A stretch of 64,000 nt of DNA, taken from the NCBI RefSeq assembly GCF_009914755.1, contig NC_060936.1; one strand, 5' to 3'. The notes beneath the pieces are model-generated. The model was not told the DNA's origin. It searched no databases and saw only the letters and a list, made by a program, of their open reading frames with translations. This document shows, in pieces, positions 1-12,562 of the stretch; positions within the stretch are counted from its first letter, which is position 1, and each line of letters opens with the position of its first letter. This DNA is from the human T2T-CHM13v2.0 reference genome, Homo sapiens. The position numbers and the translations under genes are program-made.

Positions 1-376
1 CAGACCTTCCAAAGCCCTGTCCGTGGCCCCACTTGCACCAACAAACTGATCCGACCCAGTCCCCAGAAGACAACCGAGGTGCACACTGCCCCCACCTTGT
101 GCTCAGTCATACTTGGAATGTGTCGCAGGCAGCCTAATTGAAATCAGTAAAGCAAAAAGGGTTAGCTAGCTGGAGGATCTTGTCAGAAGTGAAAGACAAG
201 AGACTGAAAATGTAGGGAATATACTGAGTGAGCAGCAGTGTTTTCAGGGTTCTAATGATAGAGAACACAATTAAAAAGGCAGACTAATTGCTAGGAAAGG
301 TAATTCATTCTTTGGCTTGTCATTTAAAGGAAACAACTGGGATGGCAATAAGTGTGAAGTATTTTGTAGATAGGGA

Positions 377-668
377 TTTTTTTTTGAGACAGGATCTCGC
401 TCTCTCACCCAGATTGGAGTGCAATGATGCGATCGTGGCTCATTGAAGGCTTGATCTTTCGGGTTCAAATGATCCTTCCACCTCAGTCTCCTGAGTTGTG
501 GGGACTATAGTTGTGCACCACCACATTTGGCTAAGTTTTGTATTTTTTTTTGTAGGGACTGGGTTTCATCATGTTGCCCAGGCTGGTCTTAAACTCCTGA
601 GCTCACGTGATCTGCCCACTTTAGCCTCACAGAGATTGGGATTACAGGCATGAGCCACCATGTCCAGC
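377..668 (-). mobile_element. Alu (AluJ-like)
   Basis: Poly-T followed by antisense Alu dimer. Confidence 0.93.
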
Positions 669-1134
669 TGAGATTTTTAAATGAGAATTTTTAAATATAC
701 ACACACAATTTGAAAATGGTCTTATTTTCCCTAACACTGTGAAGTTCTTTAGAATCAAAGAGCCATTTGACTGTACCAAAGGTCATAAGTAGTACAACAT
801 AGGATGGTCTTATCATAAATTTGTGGTTAAATTAGCGACCTTTGTTTTCCCCTTCTAGGCTCATAGCCTCCAAATGGCCATCACTTTCTTGGCTTAGTAA
901 GGCTCATTACCAGCTGCAAGCAGCAGCAAAAGCATACACGTGAATGTAGGGATTATGAGTTCGTCCCTGCATTACTGCTAAAAAACTGATTCTCCCATTT
1001 CAGTCACCCTACCACATTGCATATGGAAGATTATTTCCCACGTCAGAAGTATATTTTCTCAATGCCATTTTCTCTTTAAAAAATTTACATTTTTAACCAT
1101 TTTACTCCCAAACCCCGAGAGCCAGGTTCTCTAT

Positions 1135-1605
1135 ACCTTATTATTTGTTCATGGATCTGTGGGCCAGGAATTTGAGCAGGGCTAAGTGGGGATGGTTCTC
1201 TGCTCTATAATGTTTGTGGCCTCAAGCGGAATGACCCAAATAGCTGAGAGCTGGCTAGGCCTCTCTCTCCTTATGTTATCACCTGGAGGGACTCATTTGG
1301 GGCCTCACTCCCAATGTCTGGGCACTGTGGTTCTCTCCCACGTGGCCTCTACTCACTCACTAATCTAGTCTGACATTTACAGGGTGACTGGCTTCCAAGA
1401 GTGAAAAAGCAGGTGCTAGGAGACCTCCAGAGATCTCAGCTCAGAAGTCTCAGAATGTCACTTCTGCATTTTATTAAAGCAAGTCACAAGCCAGACCAGA
1501 CTCAAGGGGTGGGGAAACAAACTCCACCTCTTGATGGGAAAAGGAACACTTGCATACAGACATAGGATGCATTGTTGGCAGCCATTTTGGGAGACAACTG
1601 CCACA
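1135..1605 (-). mobile_element. MaLR LTR (MLT1-type)
   Basis: MLT1-like motifs (ggccaggaatttgagcaggg; aagcaagtcacaagcc; actccacctcttgatggg; gcagccatt). Confidence 0.7.
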
Positions 1606-1897
1606 CCTTTCAAGAGCTAATCACGACAGAATGTTAGAAGACTCCTCCATCTTCCATGGAGAAGAAATGTCCCAATCTCCTGGTATCTAATCCAAGGATG
1701 GATTTTTTCCATTGTTTTCCACTACTGAGTTGGGGAGAAGGAGGCAGCATCAGCATTAGGGTACAAGTGAAGGTGAATAGAGCTGAGGATGTTTCACAAT
1801 AATAGCATTCTAATATGACTGTCTTCCATTCTGTTCTTCCCAAGCTTCCACTTTTAGCTTGCTTTTGTGAATCAAGACCGTGGATCATTCAAAATAG

Positions 1898-2243
<346 letters not shown>

Positions 2244-2780
2244 TAACTTCCTGGATTTTAGAACTAAGCAGAATTAGCATGCTCTGATGCCTTATCCCAC
2301 CTGTCACAGTAACTTTCCTCTATAAGATGGTACATTTTACTAACCCTTTGTAAGTACATACTTAAAATGCTTAAGCGATGAAGGGAAGTCTGGATTCTTA
2401 CTGTCTTCAGCAAGATTAGGCTCTAGCCCTCTCACTTAAGAATACCTCTTGGGAGTAATTCTTTTCTCTGAATTATTCATGTGTTTACTAATGGTATCCA
2501 TGGTAATAATGGTATCCAAAGGCATAGTTGAAATGTATTAGCCTTTACTGTTATTCCTGTGAAGGCTTATAGTGTTGGCATCCATTCCCTCTGGATTTCG
2601 AGTCTGTGTTCACAGCTGATAATCTCACATTGAGCCATGATACTCTTTGTATCATTATCATTACCTGATATAAAGAAACCAGACAGACCATTACCTGATA
2701 CAAAGAAACTTCACAGTGAATTCATAGAAAAGACAGAAAAAAGTTTTGCTGAATATGTCGTATATACATATATATAATAT

Positions 2781-2786
2781 TTTATT
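2781..2786 (-). terminator. Distal poly(A) signal AATAAA of PPM1H
   Basis: TTTATT on + strand; UGUA upstream (2807-2810) and a U-rich element downstream (~2725-2745) on the minus strand. Confidence 0.75.
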
Positions 2787-3294
2787 TTAAAATGTCATTG
2801 AACATATACATTTCTTTAGCTTTTTCCAGGGGACATTGCACCTAAGTTTCAAAACACACAAAATAGATCCCCTTTACTAAACAGTTTTCATTTTGGGGTT
2901 ACAAAAAAGTCAATGTTTCACAATCACAAAGCATAAAGGTACATGGTTCTGAAACAATTTCCAGGCAGATTTCTCTCATTCACTGTACTAGGGTAGTTTT
3001 GGAAACCCAGACCATGATCCATTCCTTACAAATGATCTCCACCATGGGCCTCCCTGGGTCTCCAGAAAAAAAACAAAGAAAACTGGGGGCAAAACAGGAG
3101 TAAAATAATAACCTCAGGACTCAGGAAACAAACACAAAATACTTGTGGGAGATCAGAAAAGTAGAGGACACAGGTTCTCCTTCAAGTACATCACAGTAGA
3201 AAACTACAGCACATTTACAGCCTTATTTGGTCACTGTCTACCTGGTTGCTACATGAACAAAACTTCACCTAAGACACAGAAGAAAAATTAAAGC

Positions 3295-3302
3295 TATTTA
3301 CA
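3295..3302 (-). promoter_or_regulatory. Pumilio response element UGUAAAUA in 3'UTR
   Basis: TATTTACA on + strand is an exact UGUAHAUA match on the mRNA; motif only. Confidence 0.35.
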
Positions 3303-4515
3303 CAGATAACACTGTGGATTCGAAAGAGCAGTCCTCTGCAGACCGGCACTCCATCTGACAAAAGCCACAGTGCTCACAGAAGAGGCAAGTCAGTCTGCTC
3401 GCGTAGCGTCCTTTGAAAAATCCCAGTGTACAAACATGTGCCACGTCACCACACAAAACCAAAGTCTGCTCAGAGAGGTGGGCTATGGTGTGCAGGCTGC
3501 AACCTTTCTCTGCAATTGTTAAGTCTTCAAAAATCTGAGTTCCTCACATAAAATTCTGTGCTGTGGCCAGAGCTCGTTTTACCATTTTCTTAGATTGGAT
3601 CACTTTTAGGATCAGCTTCGTTGTTCTTTGCGTAGACAATGACTCTCACAGCTTTCTCCAAGTGTCCCAGAAGCACTAACTTACTGAAAATAGAATCTCA
3701 TCAAAGCTTAACATATTCACTCTGAAAACAGCGGAGCTGCTGGGTCGCTTAAGGAAAGCTGAGAACCTCAAACCTGTGGAAGGAAAACCAGTGACCACTT
3801 GTGGCCTTATAAAGTTGATTGGCAGGTGAGGAAGGGGATCTCAAGAGGAGAATCCGAATTTCAAAGACATGGGAGATTTGTCCCTAATGTTTTCATACTA
3901 GTGCTCTTGTTAAATGGAAAACCCTTCCTGAATGGGGAAGATCTGAGGCTAAATCTGGATCCTGGGACTCTCATTCTTGCCCACCACCATCTCCCTGTGG
4001 CTGTCATTCTTCCCTGGAAGTGAATGAATACTGAGAACACAGTAAGAGGAGGGTGGTCACAGCTGACTTCACAAAGCCTCATGGAGGTTAAGTTGTTCAA
4101 GAATTTAAAAAGTAAACACCCCAAATCCTCCAAAATGGAATACTGTGGAAAATAACTGAAATTTCCACTGCTTAAGGCTTCATCCTATTAAGACAGCTGA
4201 GTACTTGGCCTGGCCCGATTTTCACCTTTCCTTTTACACCTCAAGAACAGCAGATAGGTATGCATAACCACAGCAGAACACACCCTCCACCTCTCTGACT
4301 GCTGACACTGGCTACAGGAATAAGGCTTTGGTTATCATCTAGCAAAATGCCACAGAGCATGGACGGACTGAGTTTGTTCTAAGGAAAGGAGTTTCACCAG
4401 ATAGTCTGAAGAGGCCCAGCCCAGCAAAGAGATTTAGAGCAGGAAAGCCTTTCATTAAAGTAGCCACACACCCCTCGAGACAACCATAAAGACTTGACTA
4501 GGAAATCAAAAGGTT

Positions 4516-4521
4516 TTTATT
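4516..4521 (-). terminator. Candidate internal poly(A) signal AATAAA
   Basis: TTTATT on + strand inside the 3'UTR; usage unknown. Confidence 0.35.
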
Positions 4522-6066
4522 AAACAAGACTTCCTCTGAGGCTATTCGAGCAAGCAGATTTGGCTATAAGTCAGATACGCAAGATTTCTGAACCATGTAT
4601 AAATACGTTCTGCAGAATTTCGAAGTGTGCGTCCTTTGACTTTTCCAGGGATGCACCAGGCGCCAACCCGTTATGTAGACACGGTTACTGTTTTAGGACT
4701 GGGTGACATGGGGCCTGGGTAAAAAAATAAGGCCAAAACTGAGTAAGCTCAATTTATAGAGCAATATCAGTGCTGGACAGATCTGCCATGCTTCGTTTAC
4801 ATCATGTTTCCTACTTTTGATTTCTTCATCTTATTTATAGTCTTCCTCCCATCCCCTGAACACAAACTTGACTTTATCTTCTAACTAAGATCTTTCCACT
4901 CAAGGGGGCGTAGGAAAACAATTCCTGGATGCCTTTCTAACTAAAACCAGCAGGACTAAGTGCTCAAGATTTTATAATATTTCGATTTAGAGGTTTCTAG
5001 AGTTATTCCTGAGACGTGCCATAGCAGTAAATGAATTGGTGAATTGAGTAGAAGGTAGTTGTGACATCTACACCCAAATTCTTACTCTGGTGGCTTGAAT
5101 AAAACTGGAGAAGCTCAAGGTAGGGCCCAGATAGAGGCCCAGGAAAGCAAATAAATGAAAGACGGTGGGGACACAGGAAGGATCCCAAAGACGGCAGCTC
5201 AGGGTCCTCCACGGACGACTTGCTCAGGTTTCCTACTTACACATGACTCTGAGCGCCAGGGCAGAACAGGGAGTGGACCACACTGCTGTCACATGCCCGA
5301 AGGTTTTCCTACAGCATCAGACTCTGCCACGAAGCAAAGCATTTTCCACAAACTTCTCTCCATAGAGATATCTGGGGTAGCTAAGATCTACTGCAGGAGG
5401 AAGAAACGTGCTGCAGATGAAGACAACTCCTGACAAGGCCGAAGTCCCATTCTTCCCAGGCCAACACTTGCACAAACACCTGGTGGCGTGAATTCCCACA
5501 GTATTTCACCTGCCAGACGGCACTGTCTCCACACCCTGGAATGAGTTCTTTCCTGAGCAGGAGGGGCTCCAGGCCTTTTCGAATACAATACCGACAACTC
5601 CAGAAATGCAGGTGATTTACTGCCCTGGAGGAGAGGTTCCTATCCTCTCCTCTGGGAAGAAATTCAAACAAATATGAGAACTGGAATTAGCTCTCTAGCA
5701 TGCTGGGGGGGTCACGTCAGTGACCTTTTTTCCTTTTTGGGTCAGAAGAGTGTTTTAATTACTCAAAGTTGTCAAAATGGTGGCAATACCTCAGTAGCTC
5801 AGCAGGAAGAAGACTAGGTAATTTTGTGGCCGTACAAGTCTGCCTAAGAGACAGAAGTGAGTTTTATAATCTACTTGGCCATTCCTCCCAGCAGAGAAGC
5901 AGCAGGTAGATATGGCATGCACTGTGCCTGCTGCTGCTGCTCTTGTGGCGAACACTCAGATGTGGAACCATAGAGGGACCTTGAGGAGCTGGGACATGAT
6001 TCTTTAGAGAAGAGAAGAGACAGGGAGCACAGCATGAGAATGGCCAGTCAACCCATTTCAAATTCT

Positions 6067-6072
6067 TTTATT
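6067..6072 (-). terminator. Candidate proximal poly(A) signal AATAAA
   Basis: TTTATT on + strand ~1.2 kb after the stop codon; usage unknown. Confidence 0.35.
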
Positions 6073-6670
6073 AAAGTGCCCCCCGAGGGGCCTTGCACAA
6101 AGATGATGGGGAGAGCAGAACTGCTGCTCCTTGACAGAACTCTGATCCTTACACTTTGTTTGGAGTGGGCTTGGGGACAGTCACAAGCCATGAAACATGA
6201 ATCCAAAATGGTCCCCAGATGAGCCATGGTGAACCAACAGATGCAAGCAACTTCTTAAACTGCTCTATTAAACACTGCTTTATATGTGTCCCCATGATAC
6301 AGAAAAGTGGGATGGGGCCAGCCATTCCAGAAATGAAAATCCAGACTCTCACAGAGAACCCTTGAGCCACACAGGAAGACCACTGAAGACAACAGAGGAA
6401 CTACTGGTCCACAGAAACACTCAGTTTCATGAAAACACACTGATTCGGTTAGAAAATGCAACTTGGGAACAAACATTACACAACAAAGACCCTCTGTCAT
6501 GCAGGGCACTGGCCCGGATGCTGCCTGGGCTGTGTGGGCTGGAGGAGGTGGGGACAACCCAGCCTGGGTGGGACTTGGACACAGAACTTCCTTAGCAGGG
6601 TGTTGGAAAGTCCCAGGCCTGTTCTGTGGAAGGGGAATAAAAAACAGATTCAAGGAATGTCAAAAACACG

Positions 6671-6690
6671 AAAAAAAAAAAAAAAAAAAA
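6671..6690. repeat. A20 mononucleotide run (U20 in the PPM1H 3'UTR)
   Basis: Directly visible. Confidence 0.95.
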
Positions 6691-7253
6691 TCCCTGCCTC
6701 ACTCCACCACTGCCATAAAAGAATAGAAACAGAGAAGAAAAAAAGAGAAGGGGGGCGGGGGGCAGACGGCAATCCCTGAAATAAACCTCAGGCTTCCTAG
6801 AAGGTGGGCACTTACTTACATTTTGAGGCATGACCCCCTACTTTCCAATGCAGCACTTTTTAACCCGTAGATAAGCTGGCAGCTTGACAGGCTGAAGAGT
6901 CCTCTGCCATTTACACCTGAAAATGGCTGCCCCAGCTACTCTAGATAAAATAAATATGACATATATACCCCAAATAGTCAATGGCCACCTCGGAGGCCTA
7001 TGAAAGGAACTGAAATACAACAACACTTGGTAGCAGCCTTTGTGTTTTGCTCTTGTTGAGTTGACCTGTTACTAAAGAAGAAATGGAAACCAAAGGGTCA
7101 TCTTGAAGCATAGTCTTTTGGCCATGAACTCCCCGCTTGGGCTGGGAAGAGACTGCATCACTTGGAACTCAGCTGGGGCACTTCCCAGTTCCGTCCTGCC
7201 AAGAGGCATCCCAGCTTTCTTCCCCTCTGTCCTCCCAATCCCCTGGGCCATTT

Positions 7254-7401
7254 TCATGACAGCTTGTTTCCATGTATTAAAGGAATGACATATACAGAAA
7301 TGTCGTCTCCTGAGCCCAGTCGGTCATTAGATATCCGCCATCCTCTGTCCTTCAGCACACCCCGGGCACGCATCACCAGGTCCTGAGCTGCCAGTGTGTA
7401 C
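7254..7401 (-). CDS. PPM1H: PPM1H last coding exon (exon 10), coding part
   Basis: tgtag|G TAC...CTG TCA TGA; (R)YTLAAQDLVMRARGVLKDRGWRISNDRLGSGDDISVYVIPLIHGNKLS*; GSGDDIS is the C-terminal PP2C Asp motif; phase matches the preceding exon. Confidence 0.97.
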
Positions 7402-9322
7402 CTACACAGGAGAACCAGGAACGAGACAGTCAGTAGAGCATCAGACAGAAGCCAGGGTCAAGTGAGGCTGGGAAGGGGGAGGCATCACTACAGTTGTATA
7501 AATAAGTTTCAAATACACTTACAATACGAAAAAGACAAGGTCATCTTTTCCCAAAATGTAGGACACCTAATGTGAGATTATTGTTTACATGGTAGTGGGA
7601 TAAGGCACTAAATACATTAGATAATGTCTTACATTATTCACCTGCTCAGTCCTCTTTTGATGTTTTTGATTGATTACATTGAGGGGAGTCTCAGTTTGCT
7701 GCTAGTATAGCTCAAAGAGCTGCTCAAGCTCAGAGCTTTCCATGACAAATGGTATCTAGCTTAAAAAGTACATGGGAAAAATCAGAACTTTTGTTTTCAA
7801 TATATTTAGTTTTAGAGTTATATTGCTTTTGTGACAAAGAATAGTCATTTTCTATTTATGGTAAAAATCATTTAAAATAAATTTTTTAAAAAAGTGAGTT
7901 AAGGAAAAATGTTAAAAATAATACAACCTGGCATAAGCATATAGCAAGAATGTGAAGTTTTTTGGTTTTTTTTTTAATTTATTTAATTTTTTTTTTTGTA
8001 AATGACTGATAAGCCTTGGTGTGAGTGAGCTGCTTACTTGTCAGCGTCACCCTCTCCTCTTGACCAATGTAAGTTCAGCAAGGGATCCCTTAAGAATTTG
8101 AAAATAAGATTGCTGAGATTTAAACTGTAAGCTTAAGGAGAAAGAATGACACTGTAAGCTGATGGGAAAGTATTAACATCTAGGAGAAAGACTAACTTGG
8201 GAAGTGATTTGGGTGGGTATGGGCCTGGGTTAGCCCTGAGGCATAAAAAAATGAGACAAAACATTGGCAGGTGTCTATCCAAACACTGACCAGAGCAGAG
8301 GGAGTCATAGTTGACAGCCTTCAAAGGAACTTAGTTCCACTGGCAGGGTCATATTTGGTGTGGGATGGACTATTTTCTTAGTCTATACCATTAAGCATAT
8401 GATTCAGCTTTATTCTGATTTCGTGTTCACCAAAGAACCTCCTGATTATGATCTGCCTCCCTGTGTAGGCCTGCCTGCAGGAAAGAATGAGCTAGTCGTT
8501 TTTACTTTAAGAATATCCATCAGTTATATTTCTCTGCTTAAATGTCAAGTGGCATTTTGCTTTACAGATCAATCTTGTGAGCTTGGTTAAGGTGAGACCA
8601 ACTCTGATAATGAATCTCTTTTCTGTATCTTGATTAAATCGGTTTCTGAACCTGAAAAGCTAAGAGCCAGACTGGTAAATCATCAAGATAATAAATGTCA
8701 CCGTATAAGTCCTCTTGGAAGCCAGCCTGTGGGCCTTTTACAAGGGACCACCCTGATATTGCTAGTGACCTTTCTCTACTTGGAATGTTTCAGTAGTCTC
8801 GCCTTCAGAGCTGTGAGTTATGGAATTCAGAACCCCAGAAGCCTCTCCATTTCTTTTGCTAAAATTCACAGACTTTCATGTTGAGAACTGCATCATTGTT
8901 ACATTATTTAAGAACAAGTGCTCTAACAAATGATCCCAGGATTGTGAAGATTCCAAGTTGTTCAGTCTTTGAGGATCAAGTCTATTTGTACAGCCCAGAT
9001 AGCAGACAGAAGTGTAACATACACTACAGCAGAAAGGATATTATAGTCAATACAAAATAAATACCTTTCCTTCTAGAGGATGGGGTAGTAGGTGAATAAT
9101 TTTTTCTATCTGTATTGAGAGAATTATCATCTTTGAGGCAGAAATCTTTAAGTTATTCTTGAGGGAAGATGCAAACAGTTCGTCCTGAGGTTCTCCTCCT
9201 CTTGAGATCAGGAAATAAAGGCCTCCAAAGAGATCTTTGGCTGAAGAGCTAAGTAAATATCTGAAAATCGACATATTGCAGCTCATACACTATAGTCAGA
9301 AAAGCCTCTCAGCTGCTCACCT

Positions 9323-9682
9323 CATTCTCACACTGCTATAAAGAACTACCTGAGACTGGGTAATTTATAAGCAAAAGAGGTTTAATTGTCTCACAGTTCC
9401 GTATGGCTGGGAAAGTCTTAGGAAACTTAAAATCATGCCGGATGGTGAAGGTGAAGCGAGGCATGTCTTACATGGCAGCGGGAGACAGTGAGTGAAGGGG
9501 GGAAATGCCACACTTTTAAACCATCAGATCTCGTAAGAACTCACTCACTCACTATCGTAAGAACAGCATGGGGGAACTCGGTCCCCATGATCTAATCGCC
9601 TCCCACCAGGTCCCTCTCCTGACATGTAGGGATTACAATTCGACATAAGATTTGGGTGGGGACACAGAGCCAAACCATATCA
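9323..9682 (-). mobile_element. MaLR LTR (THE1D/MSTA-like)
   Basis: Ends in gatttgggtggggacacagagccaaaccatatca, the reverse complement of the THE1/MST 5' end. Confidence 0.88.
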
Positions 9683-9938
9683 CCCCAGCTTACTCTTAGT
9701 TTTATATTAAATTGTATATGAGACATAAACACATGGGGAAAGGCCACCAGCCACACCAGAGTGATGTTTATTATCCTGGTGATTGATCAGTCTGCACCTG
9801 AGCTTTTTAGGTTCAGAAACCTGGCTAAGTTTATTTGCCTATCAGGCCTGAACACACCTTAACCCAGGTATGAGCTGACTAGACATAGAAAATTATGGTA
9901 TGCTATGAGAAAATATGCCTGACAATAAAAGATACTCA

Positions 9939-10042
9939 ATCCTTTTGTAGTTCATAAGCTTGATGTTTGAGTTTTCACACTTACGTGTGAAATGTGCCTC
10001 CCTTAAACCTTGTTACTACGTCAGCACATTACCCATGAGACA
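9939..10042 (+). pseudogene. U13 snoRNA (SNORD13) retrocopy
   Basis: ATCCTTTTGTAGTTCAT...AACCTTGTTAC...GCACATTACCC matches full-length U13. Box C is TGATGT and box D is GAGA (both mutated). An A-rich tail and a likely TSD (AGATACTCA / AGACACTCA) are present. Confidence 0.88.
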
Positions 10043-10985
10043 TGGAAAAAGAGATAGACAGACACTCAAAGATGTCAAAAAACAGATACAGGAACTCAAA
10101 ACACAACTCTTTATGGCTATTTTAAGCTCCAAACAGGCCTCAACAGGTCCTGCAGTCATGGAGAAATGACTGGCTTTATTAGAGTCATGAAAGATGAACA
10201 AGAGACCACCCTGATGCTGCTATTACTAGTGACTTTGCATATTTTTTAAATGGTCAAAATTAGCTTGGTATTTTTAAAAAGCAAGGATTAGGTCACCTAG
10301 AAAAGATGGCTACCCAGGAAACTCATTTCCCTGAGGGCTGTAGGTAATTAAGGTTTCATTCTTCAATATGGTTATTTCCTATTCCAAGATAACTTCCTTT
10401 GAGATTGCTTCTCTCTTCACCATCCACTCTGTTTTCCCTTAGGTGCTTAACTTCCTGAGGGAAAATCCACTCTTGCTTTCTCAATTTATTACTTCCCATT
10501 TTCTTCCTTTGTCTCTTACCAGTAGGCCCAATACTCTACTAATCTGTCCTCTTAAAGCTTGATCCAAGGGTGGCTTCTCAATACTTATTCTGCTTAACCC
10601 TTTGTGTTCAGCACAAATACTGCTGATTATTTTATCCTTAAAAATCTCTGTTCTTGAATTCTCCTTTCTTTCTGGGGCTCCCATGCCATAACCCACTCCA
10701 AGTTCTCCTGTGACTGGGCTTCCATGACACACAGCACAAGTCCTTCTCTCTGATGCTCCTTCTTAATTTCCTTTGTAGGCCCTAACTAAGACTTAGGAAG
10801 AACTCAATGATCATTAATTTCTTTTTACTTCCAAAGTGGAACATCCCCAGCTATCATCCTTAGTTAATGGTATCCTGGTCTCTTAGGCAAGAAATCATAG
10901 TGTTTTTCAATGCCACTTTCACACCCTGATATTGTTCAATTATGAAATCCACAGGGCAGTGTAGGACTTCTAAACTTTGCATCAT

Positions 10986-11142
10986 TATTATTCAGAGACA
11001 GGGCCTCGCTCTGTCATCCAGGCTGGAGTGCAGTGGCATAATCATAGCTCACTGTAACCTTGAAGTCTTGGGGTCAAGTGATCCTCTCACCTCAGCTTCC
11101 CAAGTAGCTAGGACTAAGGCATATTCCACCATGCCCAGCTAA
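10986..11142 (-). mobile_element. Alu right-arm monomer (FRAM/AluJ-like)
   Basis: Single arm flanked by TSD taaactttgcat. Confidence 0.88.
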
Positions 11143-11279
11143 TAAACTTTGCATTATTTTAAGTGTATTTATTTTATTAGTAGCACATGGCTAATTAAAA
11201 CAAAATCCATATAGTCACTAAGATGATAATTTTGTTTATTGCAAAAACTGGTAGACCTGTACCTATATTTTGCAGTCAT

Positions 11280-12520
11280 ATATACACACACATATGAAAA
11301 CTTATTTTGTGTTTTTAATTTATTATGTGCTTCTTTCCTTCTTTCTTGTTTTCTGTCAGGTGGATAGCTTTAATATTCCCCTCCCCCAACTGGTTTGGAA
11401 GTGTTATTTCTATTATCAGTTATGTTAAATTTTTAGTATATAAGTTAATCGTATTTCTGTCCTCCTGAAAATAAAAGGACCTTAGAATGCCTTCTTTCAT
11501 TTTCCATGTTACTGCCTATTATTTTAATTCACCTTTTTTTGAGCCTGCCTTAATCATTATCATTTACAATCTACACTTACATAAATAAACCAACATACTA
11601 ACTTCTTTGCTTTTTATGAAACTATTCCTTGCTTCTGGATTTAATTTCCTTCCATTGAATTACATTTTTAGTAATTTTTTTAACAATGGTCTGTGAGTGG
11701 TAAGCTCACCTAGTCTTTGGATTAAGAAAATCTTTATTTTAACCTTTGATTTTGGCTGATAGCTTTATTGTTATGCAATTCTAGATTGTCTGTTATTTTC
11801 CCTCAGCAGTTTGAAGACATTATTCTGCTTACTTCTGACTTCTACTCTTTTTGAGAAGTCTGTCTTTTATCATTCCTTTATAGGTAAATGGCTTTTGTCA
11901 TTGATAGCTTTTCAAGTTTTTGTGTTTTCGTTGCTGATATGAAGTACCACTAAGACATAACAAAAAGGAGCTTTTTACTTATCATGGTAAGAAATTAGTT
12001 TTACTCTTTCAAACTGAAAACTTCTGAAAAATTCTCAGCCATCAACTTTTTGGATATTGCCTCTCCTCTATTTTGTAGATATTCTCCATAAACTCTTATT
12101 AGATCTTATTTTACCTTGCAGATTTCAACTTCTCTGCGATATCTTTCAATTCACTAACTCCCTTTAGCAGTTTACTATCCATTTAGTGAATTACTTTGTT
12201 TCAATGACAGTGTTTCACCGTTGTGAATTTCTCTTTGGTTCTTGTCCAAAGAACCAAATTGACCTCTTCTGACCTTATGATTCTATTTGCACAAGTTTAA
12301 CTCTCTTCTAAACTTGTTCTGTTACACCCAGGTTTTCTTTGAGGGCCCGGAGGGAAGGCTCTATTGTATTTGGTTATTCTTTTTCATGGTGAGTGTGAAG
12401 AAGAATAAGTGCTTCTTCAGAAGGGGTTGTTCACATGTGCCCTGGGTTATCCAAAGAGATTTAAAATTTGCCTTTACTGAGGGGCAGTATGGATTTCTGT
12501 AGTGCTAGAACATGTTCATT
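11280..12520 (-). mobile_element. Old L1 (L1M/L1ME-type) fragment
   Basis: T-rich degenerate L1 antisense motifs (attctagattg...ttattttccctcagca.tttgaaga; aaattctcagccat). Boundaries approximate. Confidence 0.6.
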
Positions 12521-12562
12521 TCAGCTTTTTGGCTTAGGATCCCCATACCACAGGAGTAGTAT

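Larger units (their letters stand above)
2760..7253 (-). other. PPM1H: PPM1H 3'UTR (~4.5 kb)
   Basis: Stretch with no recognisable interspersed repeat, from the stop codon to an AATAAA; repeats resume beyond it (Alu at 1898-2206). The exact cleavage site is inferred. Confidence 0.8.

Noticed and set aside
5476-5492. CTCF-like motif cacctggtggcg
   Set aside because: Only a partial match; cannot be supported without a matrix scan or ChIP data.
3191-7037. Other miRNA 7-mer seed matches in the 3'UTR (miR-27 at 3191, miR-128 at 3366, miR-9 at 4326, miR-15/16 at 5898 and 7031)
   Set aside because: 7-mers are expected by chance in 4.5 kb; conservation cannot be assessed here.
7210-7243. Possible RNA G-quadruplex just after the stop codon
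   Set aside because: Four G-runs exist, but two loops are 8-9 nt; weak and common.
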